Shown here piece by piece: positions 1 through 11,309 of a DNA stretch of 64,000 nt; position 1 is the stretch's first letter; the number at the start of each line of letters is the position of its first letter. The stretch is taken from positions 608,001 through 672,000 of the forward strand of contig CBDCSU010000005.1 in NCBI GenBank assembly GCA_965221775.1. The letters run 5' to 3'. Position numbers and translations under genes: made by a program. Source of the DNA: Candidatus Latescibacterota bacterium. GTDB taxonomy: Bacteria; Latescibacterota; UBA2968; UBA8231. The notes under the pieces are model-generated. The model did not search any database. It saw nothing but the letters and a program-made list of their open reading frames with translations, and was not told the origin of the DNA.

Positions 1-79
1 AGGGGCAGGTAAGCGGTCAACGACCCGGCCTCCCGGGGTTGGAGGTGGTCCCGGCGCCGCGGGAGACCGCCCTTCGGCT

Positions 80-337
80 TCAGACGGTGGCCTTCTCGCG
101 GATCTCCTGCTGCCCCGCGGCGGGTGCCGCAGCCGGATCGAAGCGCCGCTCGGGAACGTCGCCGCACGAGTCCCCTGGCCGGGCGCCGCACTCGCACATG
201 GGCTCGCCTTCGGCGGCCTGCAGGTTGGCCAGGCCGCCGCAGGAGCCGGTGATCCTGCGGTTGCCGAGGATCACTCCCACGGCCATGCCGGCGATCACCA
301 GGGCGAAGACGACGAGGGCTGATAGAAAGAGGGCCAT
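80..337 (-). CDS. nqrM: Na+-NQR maturation factor NqrM
   Basis: 85 aa; N-terminal TM helix followed by ITGSCGGL..CEC..C Cys motif; directly downstream of nqrF. Confidence 0.85.
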   Translation of the reverse strand: MALFLSALVVFALVIAGMAVGVILGNRRITGSCGGLANLQAAEGEPMCECGARPGDSCGDVPERRFDPAAAPAAGQQEIREKATV

Positions 338-366
338 GGGCGGTGTGCAAGCGCTCGGAGGGAGCC

Positions 367-1605
367 TCAGCTGCCGAAGTCGTCGAAGCGGATCATCTCC
401 TCTTCGACGCCCAGATCGTCGAGCATGGCGAGGACCGCCGTGAGCATCATGGGAGGGCCGCAGAGGTAGTACTCGATGTCCTCCGGCGCCGGGTGCTTGC
501 TCAGGTACTCGTCGAGCACGACCTGGTGGATGAAGCCGGTGGGGCCGGTCCAGTTGTCCTCGGGCAGGGGCTCGGACATGGCCACGTGGAAGGAGAAGTT
601 CGGGAACTTCTCCTCGAGGTCGCGGAAGTGGTCCTCGTAGAACAACTCCTTGCTCGACCGCGCCCCGTACCAGTAGGAGACCTTGCGTTGCGTGCCCTCG
701 GTGTGGAACAGGTGGAACAGGTGCGAGCGCAGAGGCGCCATGCCGGCGCCGCCGCCGATGTAGCACATCTCGCGCTCGGTCTCCTGGATGTAGAACTCCC
801 CGTAGGGGCCGGAGATCGTCACCTTGTCGCCCGGGTCGAGGGCGAAGGTGTACGACGAGGCCAGGCCCGGGTTGACCTTCTCCCAGCCGCCGGCCTTGCG
901 GTCGATGGGCGGCGTGGCGATGCGGATGTTGAGCATGACGATGTCGCCTTCGGCCGGGTGGTTGGCCATGGAGTAGGCCCGCACCGCCGTCTCCGTGCCC
1001 ACCGTGCGCAGGTCCCAGACCTTGAACCGGTCCCAGTCCTCGTGGAAGCGCTCGTCGATGTCGAAGTCCCGGAAGCTGCACTCGAAGGGCGGCACCTCGA
1101 TCTGGATGAAGCCGCCGGACTGGAAGTCCAGGGTCTCGCCCTCGGGCATCTTGAGGACCAGCTCCTTGATGAAGGTCGCCACGTTGTCGTTGGAGACGAC
1201 CTCGCACTCCATGCGCTTCACCGAGAACACCTCGGGCGGGACCTCGATCTTCATGTCCTGCTTGACCGTCACTTGGCAGGAGAGGCGCTCCCCCTCCTTC
1301 TCCTCGCGCCGGGTGATGTGCTCCTTCTCGGTGGCCAGGATCTCGCCGCCGCCGTCGTGGACCTTGACCCGGCACTGGGCGCAGGTGCCGCCGCCGCCGC
1401 AGGCCGAGGAGACGAAGAGGCCGTTGTCGGCGAGCACGTTCAGCAGCTTGCCGCCCGCCGGGGTGACCAGGTCGCGCTCGCCGTTGACCTCGATGTTTAC
1501 GTCGCCCGTGGCCACCAGCTTCGAGCGCGCCGCCAGGATGACGGCCACCAGGGCCAGGACCACGCCGGTGAACATGCTCACGCCGCCGAGGATGCTGTCG
1601 ATCAT
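367..1605 (-). CDS. nqrF: Na+-translocating NADH:quinone reductase subunit F
   Basis: Starts MIDSILGG; 2Fe-2S motif [12 protein letters not shown]; RAYSMAN; GGGAGMAP; CGPPMM; ends FDDFGS. Confidence 0.97.
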   Translation of the reverse strand: MIDSILGGVSMFTGVVLALVAVILAARSKLVATGDVNIEVNGERDLVTPAGGKLLNVLADNGLFVSSACGGGGTCAQCRVKVHDGGGEILATEKEHITRREEKEGERLSCQVTVKQDMKIEVPPEVFSVKRMECEVVSNDNVATFIKELVLKMPEGETLDFQSGGFIQIEVPPFECSFRDFDIDERFHEDWDRFKVWDLRTVGTETAVRAYSMANHPAEGDIVMLNIRIATPPIDRKAGGWEKVNPGLASSYTFALDPGDKVTISGPYGEFYIQETEREMCYIGGGAGMAPLRSHLFHLFHTEGTQRKVSYWYGARSSKELFYEDHFRDLEEKFPNFSFHVAMSEPLPEDNWTGPTGFIHQVVLDEYLSKHPAPEDIEYYLCGPPMMLTAVLAMLDDLGVEEEMIRFDDFGS

Positions 1606-1619
1606 CAGTCGGTCGCTTC

Positions 1620-2234
1620 CTACAGCTGGATGCCGGAGAAGGCCATGAAGGCCATGGCCATGAGGCCCACGGTCATGAAGGTGATGCCCAGGCCGCGCAG
1701 GCCATGGGGTATGTCGGCGTAGCGCAGCTTCTCGCGGATGCCGGCGAGTCCGACGATGGCCAGGGCCCAGCCGACGCCGGAGCCGAAGCCGAAGACGACG
1801 CTCTCGCCGAAGCCGTAGTCGCGCTCGACCATGAACAGGGAGCCGCCGAGGATGGCGCAGTTCACCGTGATCAGGGGCAGGAAGATGCCCAGGGCGGTGT
1901 ACAGGGCCGGCACGTACTTGTCGAGGAACATCTCCAGGATCTGAACGCTGGCGGCGATGACACCGATGTAGCTGATGAGCCCCACGAAGGTGAGGTCGAC
2001 GCCGCCGAGGCCGAGGGCCGCCAGGGCCTCCTCGCGCAGGAGATGGCGGTAGACCAGGTTGTTCAGGGGCACGGTGATCGTCTGCACGACGACGACGGCG
2101 ATGCCGAGGCCGAAGGAGGTGGAGACGCGCTTGGAGACGGCCAGGAAGGTGCACATGCCGAGGAAGAAGGCGAGGGCGATGTTCTCGACGAAGACCGCCT
2201 TGACGAAGAGGTTGAGGCCGGCCTCGAACATCAC
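1620..2234 (-). CDS. nqrE: Na+-NQR subunit E
   Basis: [19 protein letters not shown]; [12 protein letters not shown]. Confidence 0.97.
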   Translation of the reverse strand: MMFEAGLNLFVKAVFVENIALAFFLGMCTFLAVSKRVSTSFGLGIAVVVVQTITVPLNNLVYRHLLREEALAALGLGGVDLTFVGLISYIGVIAASVQILEMFLDKYVPALYTALGIFLPLITVNCAILGGSLFMVERDYGFGESVVFGFGSGVGWALAIVGLAGIREKLRYADIPHGLRGLGITFMTVGLMAMAFMAFSGIQL

Positions 2235-2884
2235 ACCCCCTCCTCAAGCGGCTGATCGACCGCAGGATCTTTGGCGATCTGCCTGGGTTTGAACCATCGC
2301 AGCACCCAGATGAAGGCGCCGATGATGAAGAAGGCGCTCGGCGGCAGCAGCATCAGGCCGTTGGGCACGTACCAGCCGCCCTCCGACGCCAGGGCCAGGA
2401 TCTCGGCGCCGAAGAGCTTGCCCGAGCCGAAGAGCTCGCGGAAGACCCCCACCACCAGCAGGATCAGGCTGTAGCCGAGGGCGTTGCCGAGGCCGTCGAG
2501 CATGCTCAGCCCGACGCCCTCCTTCATGGCGAAGGCCTCGGCCCGGCCCATGATGATGCAGTTGGTGATGATGAGCCCCACGAAGACCGACAACTGCTTG
2601 CTCATGCCGAAGGCATAGGCGCGCAGAAACTGGTCGACGATGATCACGAGGGAGGCGATGACCGTCATGTGCACGATCATGCGGATGTTGGTGGGGATGT
2701 GGGTGCGGATCAGGCTGATGGCGCCGTTGGAGAAGACGAGGACGAAGATCACCGCCAGGCACATGGTGACCGACGTCTCGAGCTTGCTGGTCACCGCCAG
2801 GGCCGAGCAGATCCCGAGGATCTGCAGGGCGATGGGGTTGTCCTCGAAGACAGGGGCCAGCAGGGTGTCTCGGGCCTTGCCCAT
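2231..2884 (-). CDS. nqrD: Na+-NQR subunit D
   Basis: [17 protein letters not shown]; [21 protein letters not shown]. Confidence 0.97.
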   Translation of the reverse strand: MGKARDTLLAPVFEDNPIALQILGICSALAVTSKLETSVTMCLAVIFVLVFSNGAISLIRTHIPTNIRMIVHMTVIASLVIIVDQFLRAYAFGMSKQLSVFVGLIITNCIIMGRAEAFAMKEGVGLSMLDGLGNALGYSLILLVVGVFRELFGSGKLFGAEILALASEGGWYVPNGLMLLPPSAFFIIGAFIWVLRWFKPRQIAKDPAVDQPLEEGV

Positions 2885-2887
2885 GGT

Positions 2888-3664
2888 TCAAGCCTCTCCT
2901 TCGTCCCGCAATCGCTCCAGGAAGGGGCCGTAGCCCTCCCCGCCGAGCCAGTAGTGGAGCATGTCCTGCACGCCGCGCGAGGTGATCGTCGCCCCCGACA
3001 GCCCGTCGACGCTGTGCACGGCGTCCGGGGCGCCGGCGGCGACGGCACCCCGCGGGATGCGGATCGCCACCCGGCCGTCGTCGCCGAAGGCGCGCTTGCC
3101 GTTCCACTGCGCCTTCCACGCCGGGTTGTCGACCTCGCCGCCGAGGCCGGGGGTCTCGCCGTGCTGGTAATATACGAGGCTGCGGATCGTGTCGAGGTCG
3201 TCCCGGTCGAGGGCGACGAAGCCGTAGAGGGTCGACCACAGTCCCCGGCCGAAGATCGGCATGATCACCTTGTCGACCTCTCCCCGGCGGCTGACCAGGT
3301 AGACGGGCATCAGTCTGGCGCGGCGCCGGATGCCGGCGCGGCTGCCCAGCTCGGAGGTGTCGACCCCCTGCTCGGGGTCGGCGGCGGCGGCGATGTAGTC
3401 GTAGGCGCCGGGATCGACGCCGTCCACGTAGGCGCCGGTGGACAGGTCGACGATGCGGACCTCGATGCGCTCGAAGAGCTCGTCGATGGTGCGGCCCTCC
3501 TCGGCGAGGCCCGCCGCCATCAGGATGTTGCGCTTCTTGTCCAGCAGCTTGTTGATCTCCTGGGTGGGCCGCAGCACCACCGCCGCCCCGGAGACCAGGA
3601 CCGAGCAGACGACGCACAGGAGGAAGGCGACGGTGAAGGTCTGGCCCATGCTCTCTCTGGCCAT
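2888..3664 (-). CDS. nqrC: Na+-NQR subunit C
   Basis: N-terminal TM; GLWSTLYGF; HGETPGLGGEV; FMN site VDGLSGATITS. Confidence 0.96.
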   Translation of the reverse strand: MARESMGQTFTVAFLLCVVCSVLVSGAAVVLRPTQEINKLLDKKRNILMAAGLAEEGRTIDELFERIEVRIVDLSTGAYVDGVDPGAYDYIAAAADPEQGVDTSELGSRAGIRRRARLMPVYLVSRRGEVDKVIMPIFGRGLWSTLYGFVALDRDDLDTIRSLVYYQHGETPGLGGEVDNPAWKAQWNGKRAFGDDGRVAIRIPRGAVAAGAPDAVHSVDGLSGATITSRGVQDMLHYWLGGEGYGPFLERLRDEGEA

Positions 3665-3675
3665 GGCGCCGTCCC

Positions 3676-4884
3676 CTACGATACGGCCGTGCGCAGGGCG
3701 CGCCGGCGGATGTTGGCCTGCACCACGAGGTAGTCGAAGACCGGGGCGAAGACGTTGCCGAAGAGGATGGCGAGCATCACCCCCTCCGGGAAGGCCGGAT
3801 TGACGACCCGGATGAGCACGGTCATGACCCCGATCAGGGCGCCGTAGAGCCACTTGCCGAGGTTGGTGAAGGAGGCCGACACCGGGTCGGTGGCCATGTA
3901 TACGCAACCGAAGGCGAAGCCTCCGAGCAGCAGGTGCCAGACCGGGTCGAGGGCGAACATGTGGTTGGTCTGGCTGTCGACCTGGTGCAGCAGCCAGGCC
4001 AGCAGGAAGGTGGTGGCCGTCATGCTCGCCATGATGCGCCACGAGCCGATGCCGGTGGCGATGAGGATGACGGCGCCGATGAGGCAGGCCAGGACCGAGG
4101 TCTCGCCCATCGACCCGGGGAGCACCCCGAGGAAGGCCTGCATCTTGGTGAAGCCCGCCTCCATGGGGGCGATGCCGTCGGCCGGGACCTGGCCGAGGGG
4201 GGTGGCCCGGGAGTAGCCGTCGACGGCGACCCAGATGCGGTCCCCCGTGATCTCCACCGGGTAGGCGAAGTAGAGGAAGGCGCGGGCCGTGAGGGCCGGG
4301 TTGAGGAAGTTCTTGCCCGTGCCGCCGAAGATCTCCTTGCCGATGACGACGCCGAAGGAGATGCCCACCGCCACCTGCCACAGGGGGATCGTCGGCGGCA
4401 GGGTGAGGGGGAAGAGCATGCCCGTCACCAGGAAGCCCTCGTTCACCTCGTGGCGGCGGATCGTCGAGAACAGGGCCTCCCAGAAGCCGCCCACGGCGTT
4501 GCACACCAGGAAGACCGGCAGGAACCAGAGGGCGCCGTGGACGACGTTGGCCACCAGGCTGCCCGGGTCGACGCCGACCCCGAGGACGGTGAGGACGACC
4601 CCGCGCCAGCCGTCGGCGGTGGTGCGGCCCAACTCGGCCAGGGCCAGGTTCGCCTGGTACCCCGTGTTCCACATGGCCATGAAGATGCACGGCACCATTG
4701 CCAGAACGACGGTGATCATCATGCGCTTCAGGTCGAGGCCGTCGCGCACGTGGGCGGCGTTGCGGGTGACGTCGGAGGGGGTGTACAGGAACGTGTCGAC
4801 CAGCTCGTAGAGCGGATAGAGGCGCTCGAGCCGTCCGCCCCGCTCGAAGTGGGGCTCCACCGAGTCGAGGAGCTGGCGCAGCAC
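3676..4884 (-). CDS. nqrB: Na+-NQR subunit B
   Basis: GTG start inferred; [12 protein letters not shown]; [16 protein letters not shown]; MATDPVS. Confidence 0.96.
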   Translation of the reverse strand: MLRQLLDSVEPHFERGGRLERLYPLYELVDTFLYTPSDVTRNAAHVRDGLDLKRMMITVVLAMVPCIFMAMWNTGYQANLALAELGRTTADGWRGVVLTVLGVGVDPGSLVANVVHGALWFLPVFLVCNAVGGFWEALFSTIRRHEVNEGFLVTGMLFPLTLPPTIPLWQVAVGISFGVVIGKEIFGGTGKNFLNPALTARAFLYFAYPVEITGDRIWVAVDGYSRATPLGQVPADGIAPMEAGFTKMQAFLGVLPGSMGETSVLACLIGAVILIATGIGSWRIMASMTATTFLLAWLLHQVDSQTNHMFALDPVWHLLLGGFAFGCVYMATDPVSASFTNLGKWLYGALIGVMTVLIRVVNPAFPEGVMLAILFGNVFAPVFDYLVVQANIRRRALRTAVS

Positions 4885-4886
4885 GA

Positions 4887-6245
4887 TCAGAAGTCCCTCT
4901 CGATGAGTTCGAGGTTCTGCCGCAGCAGCGGCCCGTACTCGGTCTTGCCCGGGCAGACGAAGGTGCACAGGCCGAGGTCTTCCTCGTCGAGCTCCAGCGC
5001 GCCCAGCTCGACGGCGCGCTCGGCGTCGCCGGTGATCAGGGCCCGCAGCAGGAAGGTGGGCAGGATGTCGAGGGGCATGACCGCCTCGTAGGAGCCCACC
5101 GGCACCATCGCCCGCGGCGAGCCGTTGGTGCTGGTGTCGAAGGCGAAGCGCCGCCGGGGGAGCATGGCCGAGGCGAAGACCCGCTTGACCGAGAACTTGT
5201 CCGCCCCCGGGGACTGCCAGCCGAGAAGCTCGCGCGCGCGGTTCTCGCGCACCGCCGAGACCTGCAGGTGCCAGCGGCCGAGGAAGTCGAGAGGCCCGGA
5301 GGCCTGGCGCCCGGCCAGCAGCGATCCGGAGACGACGCGCGCCTCCACGCCCGAGGTCAGCTCCCCCGCCACGAGATCGCCGAGGCAGGCGCCCATGCGC
5401 GTGCGCAGGAGCCGGGGCCGCTCGACCAACGGCCCGCCGAGGGCGACGACGCGCTCGTGGTTGATGCGCCCCGTCAGGAACAGGTCGCCCACGGCGGCCA
5501 CGTCCTGGTAGTTGATCCAGAACACCTGCTTCTGCAGGCCGGCGCCGTCGAGGAAGTGGATGTGGGTCCCGGCGAGGCCGGCCGGGTGGGGCCCGCTGAA
5601 CTCGGCCACGGTGACGTCGGCGCCGTCCGCCGGGATGGCGGCGCCCGGGGCCTTGCACAGGTAGATCTCGCCGGCTCCCAGTCGGCCGAGGGCGGCCAGG
5701 CCGGCGCGGAAGGCGTCCTCGCGGCCGGCGAGGGCGACGGCGGGGTCGGCGCACAGCGGGTTGGTGTCGATGGCGGTTACGAAGATCGAATGCGGCTGAG
5801 TACCCGGCAGCGGCACCTTGCTGTAGGGTCGCTGCCGCAGCCCGGTCCACAGGCCCGACTGCACGAGGGCGCCGCGCACCTGCTCGGGACTCAGGTCCTC
5901 CGGGCGCCGGCCGCCGATGTCGAAGGTCTCCTCGCCGACCCGGTCGTCGAGCTCGACGATGACGGAGAGGAGCCGGCGCTTGTCGCCGCGGTGGACGCCG
6001 GCGACCCTGCCCGCTCCCGGCGAGGTGAAGCGCAGTCCGGGCCGCCGCTTGTCCTCGAAGAGCAGCTGGCCGGCGCGGACGCTGTCGCCCTCCTGCACGG
6101 CCATCGTCGGCCGCAGGTCGTGGTAGTCGAGGCCGACGAGGGCCACCCGCGCCGGGGCGGGCGCGTCCTCCACGACCTGCCGGCACTCGCCCGTGATCGG
6201 CAGGTCGAGGCCCTTGCGGAGGGTGAAGGAGCGGTTCTCAGCCAT
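4887..6245 (-). CDS. nqrA: Na+-NQR subunit A
   Basis: KGLDLPITG; [13 protein letters not shown]; [18 protein letters not shown]. Confidence 0.97.
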   Translation of the reverse strand: MAENRSFTLRKGLDLPITGECRQVVEDAPAPARVALVGLDYHDLRPTMAVQEGDSVRAGQLLFEDKRRPGLRFTSPGAGRVAGVHRGDKRRLLSVIVELDDRVGEETFDIGGRRPEDLSPEQVRGALVQSGLWTGLRQRPYSKVPLPGTQPHSIFVTAIDTNPLCADPAVALAGREDAFRAGLAALGRLGAGEIYLCKAPGAAIPADGADVTVAEFSGPHPAGLAGTHIHFLDGAGLQKQVFWINYQDVAAVGDLFLTGRINHERVVALGGPLVERPRLLRTRMGACLGDLVAGELTSGVEARVVSGSLLAGRQASGPLDFLGRWHLQVSAVRENRARELLGWQSPGADKFSVKRVFASAMLPRRRFAFDTSTNGSPRAMVPVGSYEAVMPLDILPTFLLRALITGDAERAVELGALELDEEDLGLCTFVCPGKTEYGPLLRQNLELIERDF

Positions 6246-6485
6246 GGGAGCGGCCCATGCCCGCGAGGCGGATGGCCGCCCCGGGGGGTGGCGCGCCCGC
6301 GGCGGCGGTACGGGGTCGAAACCGGTGTTTGGGAGACGCTGGCCGGAGGGCCCGATGTGGAGGGAGGGCGCAGACCGGACGCGTCGGGTGGCAGGACAAG
6401 GCTTGCTGTCGGCGATCCGTGGGGGGAGGTGTGGACTGGATACGCACCGGGAACCGGTGCTGTGACATCGTCCTGAAGTTGAGTT

Positions 6486-6514
6486 AGGTTAGGGCCGCCG
6501 CCGAGGACTGTCAA
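6486..6514 (-). promoter_or_regulatory. Sigma70-type promoter for the nqr operon
   Basis: Minus strand TTGACA (6514-6509), 17-bp spacer, TAACCT (6491-6486). Confidence 0.65.
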
Positions 6515-6594
6515 GGATTCCCGCACACCCGTCGAGGTGCCATGAAAACGAGCCCGTCGGCGCCGGCCGGCCGGCAGCCGAAGGTGGTGAATCG

Positions 6595-7830
6595 GTGAGC
6601 CGGGGGGTCGTCGTCACCGGCTTGGGGGCAGTAACGCCTCTCGGCTCCGGGGCGGCGCGTTTCTGGGACCGGTTGTGCGCCGGCCGGTCCGGGGTCGGGC
6701 CGATCACCCTCTTCGATGCCGGGGCCTTCCCGGTGCGCATCGCCGGCGAGGTCGCCGGCTTCAGCCTGCCCGCCGGGATCGACCGCAAGCGTCTCCGGCG
6801 CCTGGACCGCTACGCCCTGTTCGGAGTCGCGGCGGCGCTGCAGGCCTGGCGCGACGCCGGCGTCGAGGACCACGATCCCTGGCAGGCGGGGATCGTCCTC
6901 GGCTCCAGCCACGGCGGCGAGAGCACGGCCCTCCAGGCCGCGGCGGCCCTCGGTCCCCGGCCCTCGCCGAAAGCGGCCAGCCCCCTGGTGATCCCGCGCA
7001 TGCTCAACAACATGGCCGCCGCCCAGGCGGCGATGCTACTCGACCTGCGCGGCCCGGGCTTCGCCCTCGCCTCGGCGTGCGCCACCGGCGGCCACGCCCT
7101 CGGCGAGGCATCCGAGATCATCCGCAGGGGCGATGCCGAGGTGATGGTCGCCGGCGCCGCCGAGGCCTGCATCACCCCCCTTACCCTGGCCGGCGACCAC
7201 GCCCTCGGAGCCCTGTCGCGGCGCAGCGCCGAACCGCACCGGGCCTGCCGCCCCTTCGACCGCGACCGCGACGGTTTCGTCCTCGCCGAAGGTGCGGCCG
7301 CCCTGGTCCTGGAGGAGCGGGAGCACGCCCGCAGACGCGGCGCCCGCGTCTACGCCGAGCTCTCGGGGTACGGGGCGACGACGGACGCCGTCCACGAGAC
7401 GCGCCCGGACCCGACGGGTACGGCCGCGGCGCGGGCGATCACCCGCGCCCTGGCCAAGTCCGGGACCGGCCCCCGCCAGGTCGACGCGGTCTTCGCCCAC
7501 GCCGCCGGCACCCGGGCGGGCGACGCCGCCGAGGCCCGCGCCCTCGGCGCCTCCCTCGGGGCGGCCCTCGGCGCCATCCCGGTGACCGCCGTCAAGTCGA
7601 TGACGGGCCACATGTTCGCCGCCTCCGGGGCGGCCCAGGCGGTGGCCGCGGTCAAGGCGATCGAGGCGGGGGCCGTCCCCCCCACGATCAACTGCGGCCG
7701 CATCGACGTGACCGGGATCGCCTGCGTGCCCGGCGAGATGCTGCGGAAGCCGCTGTCGCGGGTGCTCTCCAACTCCTTCGGCTTCGGCGGCCACAACGCC
7801 GCCCTCCTCTTTTCGGCGGCGGCCGGCTGA
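6595..7830 (+). CDS. fabF: Beta-ketoacyl-ACP synthase II (FabF-like paralog) heading the biotin operon
   Basis: VVVTGLG; ASACATG (Cys); AHAAGT (His); KSMTGH (His); SNSFGFGGHN; stop overlaps the bioB ATG (TGATG). Confidence 0.9.
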   Translation: MSRGVVVTGLGAVTPLGSGAARFWDRLCAGRSGVGPITLFDAGAFPVRIAGEVAGFSLPAGIDRKRLRRLDRYALFGVAAALQAWRDAGVEDHDPWQAGIVLGSSHGGESTALQAAAALGPRPSPKAASPLVIPRMLNNMAAAQAAMLLDLRGPGFALASACATGGHALGEASEIIRRGDAEVMVAGAAEACITPLTLAGDHALGALSRRSAEPHRACRPFDRDRDGFVLAEGAAALVLEEREHARRRGARVYAELSGYGATTDAVHETRPDPTGTAAARAITRALAKSGTGPRQVDAVFAHAAGTRAGDAAEARALGASLGAALGAIPVTAVKSMTGHMFAASGAAQAVAAVKAIEAGAVPPTINCGRIDVTGIACVPGEMLRKPLSRVLSNSFGFGGHNAALLFSAAAG

Positions 7831-8822
7831 TGACCGAGTCCCCCACCCTTCCCGCCTTCGCCGCCCTCGCCGACAAGGCGATCGCCGGCGAACCCCTTGC
7901 GCGCGAGGAGTGCCACGCGGTTCTCGCCACGCCGGACGGCGAGGTTCCCGGTCTGCTCGCCGAGACCCACCGCGTGCGCCGCCGCTTCTGCGGCGACAAG
8001 GTGCACCTGCACGTCCTGACGAACGCCAAGAGCGGCCTCTGTCCCGAGGACTGCGGCTACTGCTCGCAGTCGCGCCTGTCGGAAGCGGCGATCGAGAAGT
8101 ACCCCATGGTCAGCCGGGAGCGGCTCCTCGAAGAAGCACACGCCGCCCGCCGCTCCCGGGCCCGGCGCTTCTGCATCGTCACCAGCGGCCGCGGCGCCAC
8201 CTGGGGCGAGGTGGAGCACCTGGCCGACGCCGTGCGCACCATCCGCGAGGAGGTCGGCATCGGGATCTGCGCCTGCGTCGGTCTCCTCGACGAAGAGAAG
8301 GCGAAGGCCCTGAAGGAGGCCGGTGTCGACCGGTTGAACCACAATCTCAATACCAGCGAGCGGTTCACCCCCGGCATCGTCACCACCCACGGATACGACG
8401 ACCGCGTGAAGACGTTGGAGGCGGCGCGCAAGGCGGGCCTCGACCTGTGCAGCGGCGCCATCTTCGGCATGGGGGAAACCGACGATGACGTGATCGACGT
8501 CCTCATGGCGCTCCGCGACCTCGACCCGCAGTCGATACCGGTCAACTTCCTCCATCCCATCGACGGAACCCCCCTGGAAGGGACGTGGAGGCTGACCCCC
8601 CTGCACTGCCTGCGGATCCTGTCTCTGGCGCGGCTGCTGCACCCGCACCGGGAGATCCGCGTCGCCGGCGGGCGCGAGCTGCATCTGCGGTCGCTGCAGC
8701 CGCTGGCCCTCTACGCGGCCAACTCGATCTTCGTCGAGGGCTACCTCACCACCCCCGGACAGGGCACGAGGGAGGCCCTGCGGATGATCGAGGACATGGG
8801 GTTCGAGGTCGAAGAGGCGTGA
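7830..8822 (+). CDS. bioB: Biotin synthase
   Basis: NAKSGLCPEDCGYCSQS radical-SAM motif; NHNLNTS; IPVNFL; RVAGGRE; YLTT. Confidence 0.97.
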   Translation: MTESPTLPAFAALADKAIAGEPLAREECHAVLATPDGEVPGLLAETHRVRRRFCGDKVHLHVLTNAKSGLCPEDCGYCSQSRLSEAAIEKYPMVSRERLLEEAHAARRSRARRFCIVTSGRGATWGEVEHLADAVRTIREEVGIGICACVGLLDEEKAKALKEAGVDRLNHNLNTSERFTPGIVTTHGYDDRVKTLEAARKAGLDLCSGAIFGMGETDDDVIDVLMALRDLDPQSIPVNFLHPIDGTPLEGTWRLTPLHCLRILSLARLLHPHREIRVAGGRELHLRSLQPLALYAANSIFVEGYLTTPGQGTREALRMIEDMGFEVEEA

Positions 8823-10171
8823 CCGCGGGGCCGCCGCCCGGCATCTGGAACGCCTTCACGCCGATGGCCCGCTACGACAGCGAGCCGAGGCTGGTCATCG
8901 ACCGCGCCGAGGGCAACCGCATCATCGACAGGGACGGCCGCGAGTACATCGACGGCGTGGCCTCGATCTGGGCGATCGTCCACGGCCACGGGCACCCGCA
9001 CATCGTCGAGGCGATCCGGCGCCAGGCGGAGCGGCTGCAGCACAGCACCCTCCTCGGCGCCGCCCACTCCCCCGCCCTCGAGCTGACGCAACGGCTCGCC
9101 GCGCACGTGCCCGGGGGGCTTACCCGCTTCTTCTACAGCTCCGACGGCGCCAGCGCCGTCGAGGCGGCCCTCAAGATGGCGCTCCAGTACTGGGTCAACA
9201 CCGGCCGGCCCGAGCGCCGCCGCTTCGCGGTGATGGAGATGGCCTACCACGGCGACACCCTCGGCGCCGCCTCGCTGGGAGGGGAGGGGGCCTTCCGCAA
9301 GCCCTACGAGTCGGCCATGTTCGAGCCCCTGCGGTTCGCCAACCCCCATCCCCGGGGCTGCGGGCTCTGCTCCCCCGAAGGCGGATGCAGCCTCGCCTGC
9401 GTCGGGTCCCTGGAGCGTCTGCTCGACGAGCGCGGCGGAGAGATCGCCGCGGTGGTCGTCGAGCCCCGGGTGCAGGGGGCCGCGGGGATCGTCGTCGCCC
9501 CGGAGGGACATCTGGCCCGGGTCGCCGACCTCTGCCGCTCTCACGGCGTGCTGCTTATCGCCGACGAGGTGGCCACCGGCTTCGGCAAGACCGGCGCCAT
9601 GTTCGCCTGCGACCTCGAGGGGGTCAGCCCCGACATCATGGTGCTGGGCAAGGGGATCAGCGGCGGCTGCCTGCCGCTGTCGGCGACGGTGGCGAGCGAG
9701 GGTGTCTACGAAGCCTTCCACGACGCGCACGACTACGCCAAGACCCTCTACCATGGACACACCTACGGGGGCAACCCGATCGCCTGCGCCGCCGCCCTGG
9801 CGAGCCTCGACATCTTCGAGCGCGAGCCGGTCCTGGCGAGGGTTGGCGACCGCGCCGCCTGCCTCGGCGAGAGGCTGAGAGAGGTCCTCGGCGAACATCC
9901 CCTCGTGGGGGAGATCCGCCAGCAGGGCCTGATGGCCGCCGTCGATCTGGTCGCCGACCGCTGCTCCCGACGGCCGCTGCCCGCCTCGGAGCAGACCGGA
10001 TGGCGGGCCTGCATGAAGGCGCGGGACCGCGGCGTCTTCGTCCGCCCCATCGGCGACACCGTGGTGGTCATGCCCCCCCTCTCCATCGAGGAAGGCGAGC
10101 TCTCACAGATCTGCGAGGCGGTGAGGTATGGGCTCGACAGCGTCGCCCGGTCCACCCCGGCCCTGGGCTGA
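8819..10171 (+). CDS. bioA: 7,8-diaminopelargonate aminotransferase
   Basis: AVEAALKMA; YHGDTLGA; IADEVATGFGKTG; LGKGISGG; HGHTYGGNP; located in bio cluster. Confidence 0.94.
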   Translation: MTAGPPPGIWNAFTPMARYDSEPRLVIDRAEGNRIIDRDGREYIDGVASIWAIVHGHGHPHIVEAIRRQAERLQHSTLLGAAHSPALELTQRLAAHVPGGLTRFFYSSDGASAVEAALKMALQYWVNTGRPERRRFAVMEMAYHGDTLGAASLGGEGAFRKPYESAMFEPLRFANPHPRGCGLCSPEGGCSLACVGSLERLLDERGGEIAAVVVEPRVQGAAGIVVAPEGHLARVADLCRSHGVLLIADEVATGFGKTGAMFACDLEGVSPDIMVLGKGISGGCLPLSATVASEGVYEAFHDAHDYAKTLYHGHTYGGNPIACAAALASLDIFEREPVLARVGDRAACLGERLREVLGEHPLVGEIRQQGLMAAVDLVADRCSRRPLPASEQTGWRACMKARDRGVFVRPIGDTVVVMPPLSIEEGELSQICEAVRYGLDSVARSTPALG

Positions 10172-11309
10172 GTTCCTGCGCTCGGAGCGCCGGCGCCTCG
10201 GCCGGCTCGGTCTGCGCCGGTCGGTGGTGACCCCGGAGAGCCGCGCCGGGGTCCGGGCCACCCTCTCCGGCCGCGAGTACGTCCTCTTCACCTCGAACGA
10301 CTACCTCGGCCTCGCCGCCCATCCGGAGGTGACCGCCGCGGCCGGGGAGGCAGCCCGCCGCTTCGGCGCCGGTGCCGCATCGGCGCGGCTGCTGCACGGC
10401 TCCACCCCCCTGCACGAGGACCTGCAGGAACGCCTGGCGCGGCTCACGGGGCGGCCTTCCTCCCTGCTCTTCAGCTCGGGGTACATGGCCAACCTGGGGG
10501 TCCTCGCCGCCCTGGCCGGGCGGGGGGACGCGATCTTCTACGACGAGCGCTCCCACGCCTCGATCATCGACGGCGCCAGGCTGTCCCGCGCCACCGCACT
10601 GGCCTTCCCGCACAACGACGCCGGCCGCCTCGACGACCTCCTGCGCCAGACCCCCGCCCGCCGGCGCATGGTCGTCACCGAGAGCGTCTTCAGCATGGAC
10701 GGCGACCTGGCGCCCCTCCGGGCCCTGGGGGAGACCGCCTCGCGCCACGAGGCGCTGCTGGTCGTCGACGAGGCGCACGCCATCGGGGTCTTCGGGGATG
10801 GCGCCGGTCTCCTGGGGGACCTTGATCTCGAGATCCCGGCCGTCATCACCGGGACCCTGTCGAAGGCGCTGGGCTCGATCGGCGGCTTTGCCGCCGGCCA
10901 CGGGGCCCTCATCGAGTACCTCGTCGACCGCGCCCGCACCTTCATCTTCGATACCGCCCTGCCGCCGTCGGCGGTTGCGGCGGCGGCCGCCGCCCTCGAG
11001 GTCGCGCGGAACGAGCCCTGGCGCCGGAAGCGGGTCCTCGACCTCGGCGCGACGCTGCGCTCCGGTCTGCAGTGCCTCGGCGGCCCTGACTGCCACTCCG
11101 CCTCGCAGATCGTGCCGCTGCTCCTCGGCAGGCCGGCCGCGGCGGTAGCCGCGGAGGAACATCTCAAGAGCCACGGGATCCTGGCACGCGCCGTGCGGCC
11201 CCCCGCGGTGCCCCGCGGCACGTCGCGGATCCGCTTCGGGGTCACCGCCGCCCACGAGGAGGAGCACCTGCGGCAGGTCATCGGGGCGATGGAGTCCTTC
11301 GTTGGGTAG
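10128..11309 (+). CDS. bioF: 8-amino-7-oxononanoate synthase
   Basis: SNDYLGL; SGYMAN; HASIIDG; SVFSMDGD; DEAHAIG; TLSKALG. Confidence 0.95.
   Translation: MGSTASPGPPRPWAEFLRSERRRLGRLGLRRSVVTPESRAGVRATLSGREYVLFTSNDYLGLAAHPEVTAAAGEAARRFGAGAASARLLHGSTPLHEDLQERLARLTGRPSSLLFSSGYMANLGVLAALAGRGDAIFYDERSHASIIDGARLSRATALAFPHNDAGRLDDLLRQTPARRRMVVTESVFSMDGDLAPLRALGETASRHEALLVVDEAHAIGVFGDGAGLLGDLDLEIPAVITGTLSKALGSIGGFAAGHGALIEYLVDRARTFIFDTALPPSAVAAAAAALEVARNEPWRRKRVLDLGATLRSGLQCLGGPDCHSASQIVPLLLGRPAAAVAAEEHLKSHGILARAVRPPAVPRGTSRIRFGVTAAHEEEHLRQVIGAMESFVG

Noticed and set aside
6246-6594. BirA operator or riboswitch upstream of the bio operon
   Set aside because: No convincing TGTAAAC-N-GTTTACA palindrome or known riboswitch seen; only a weak ~60-bp degenerate duplication (6353/6413).
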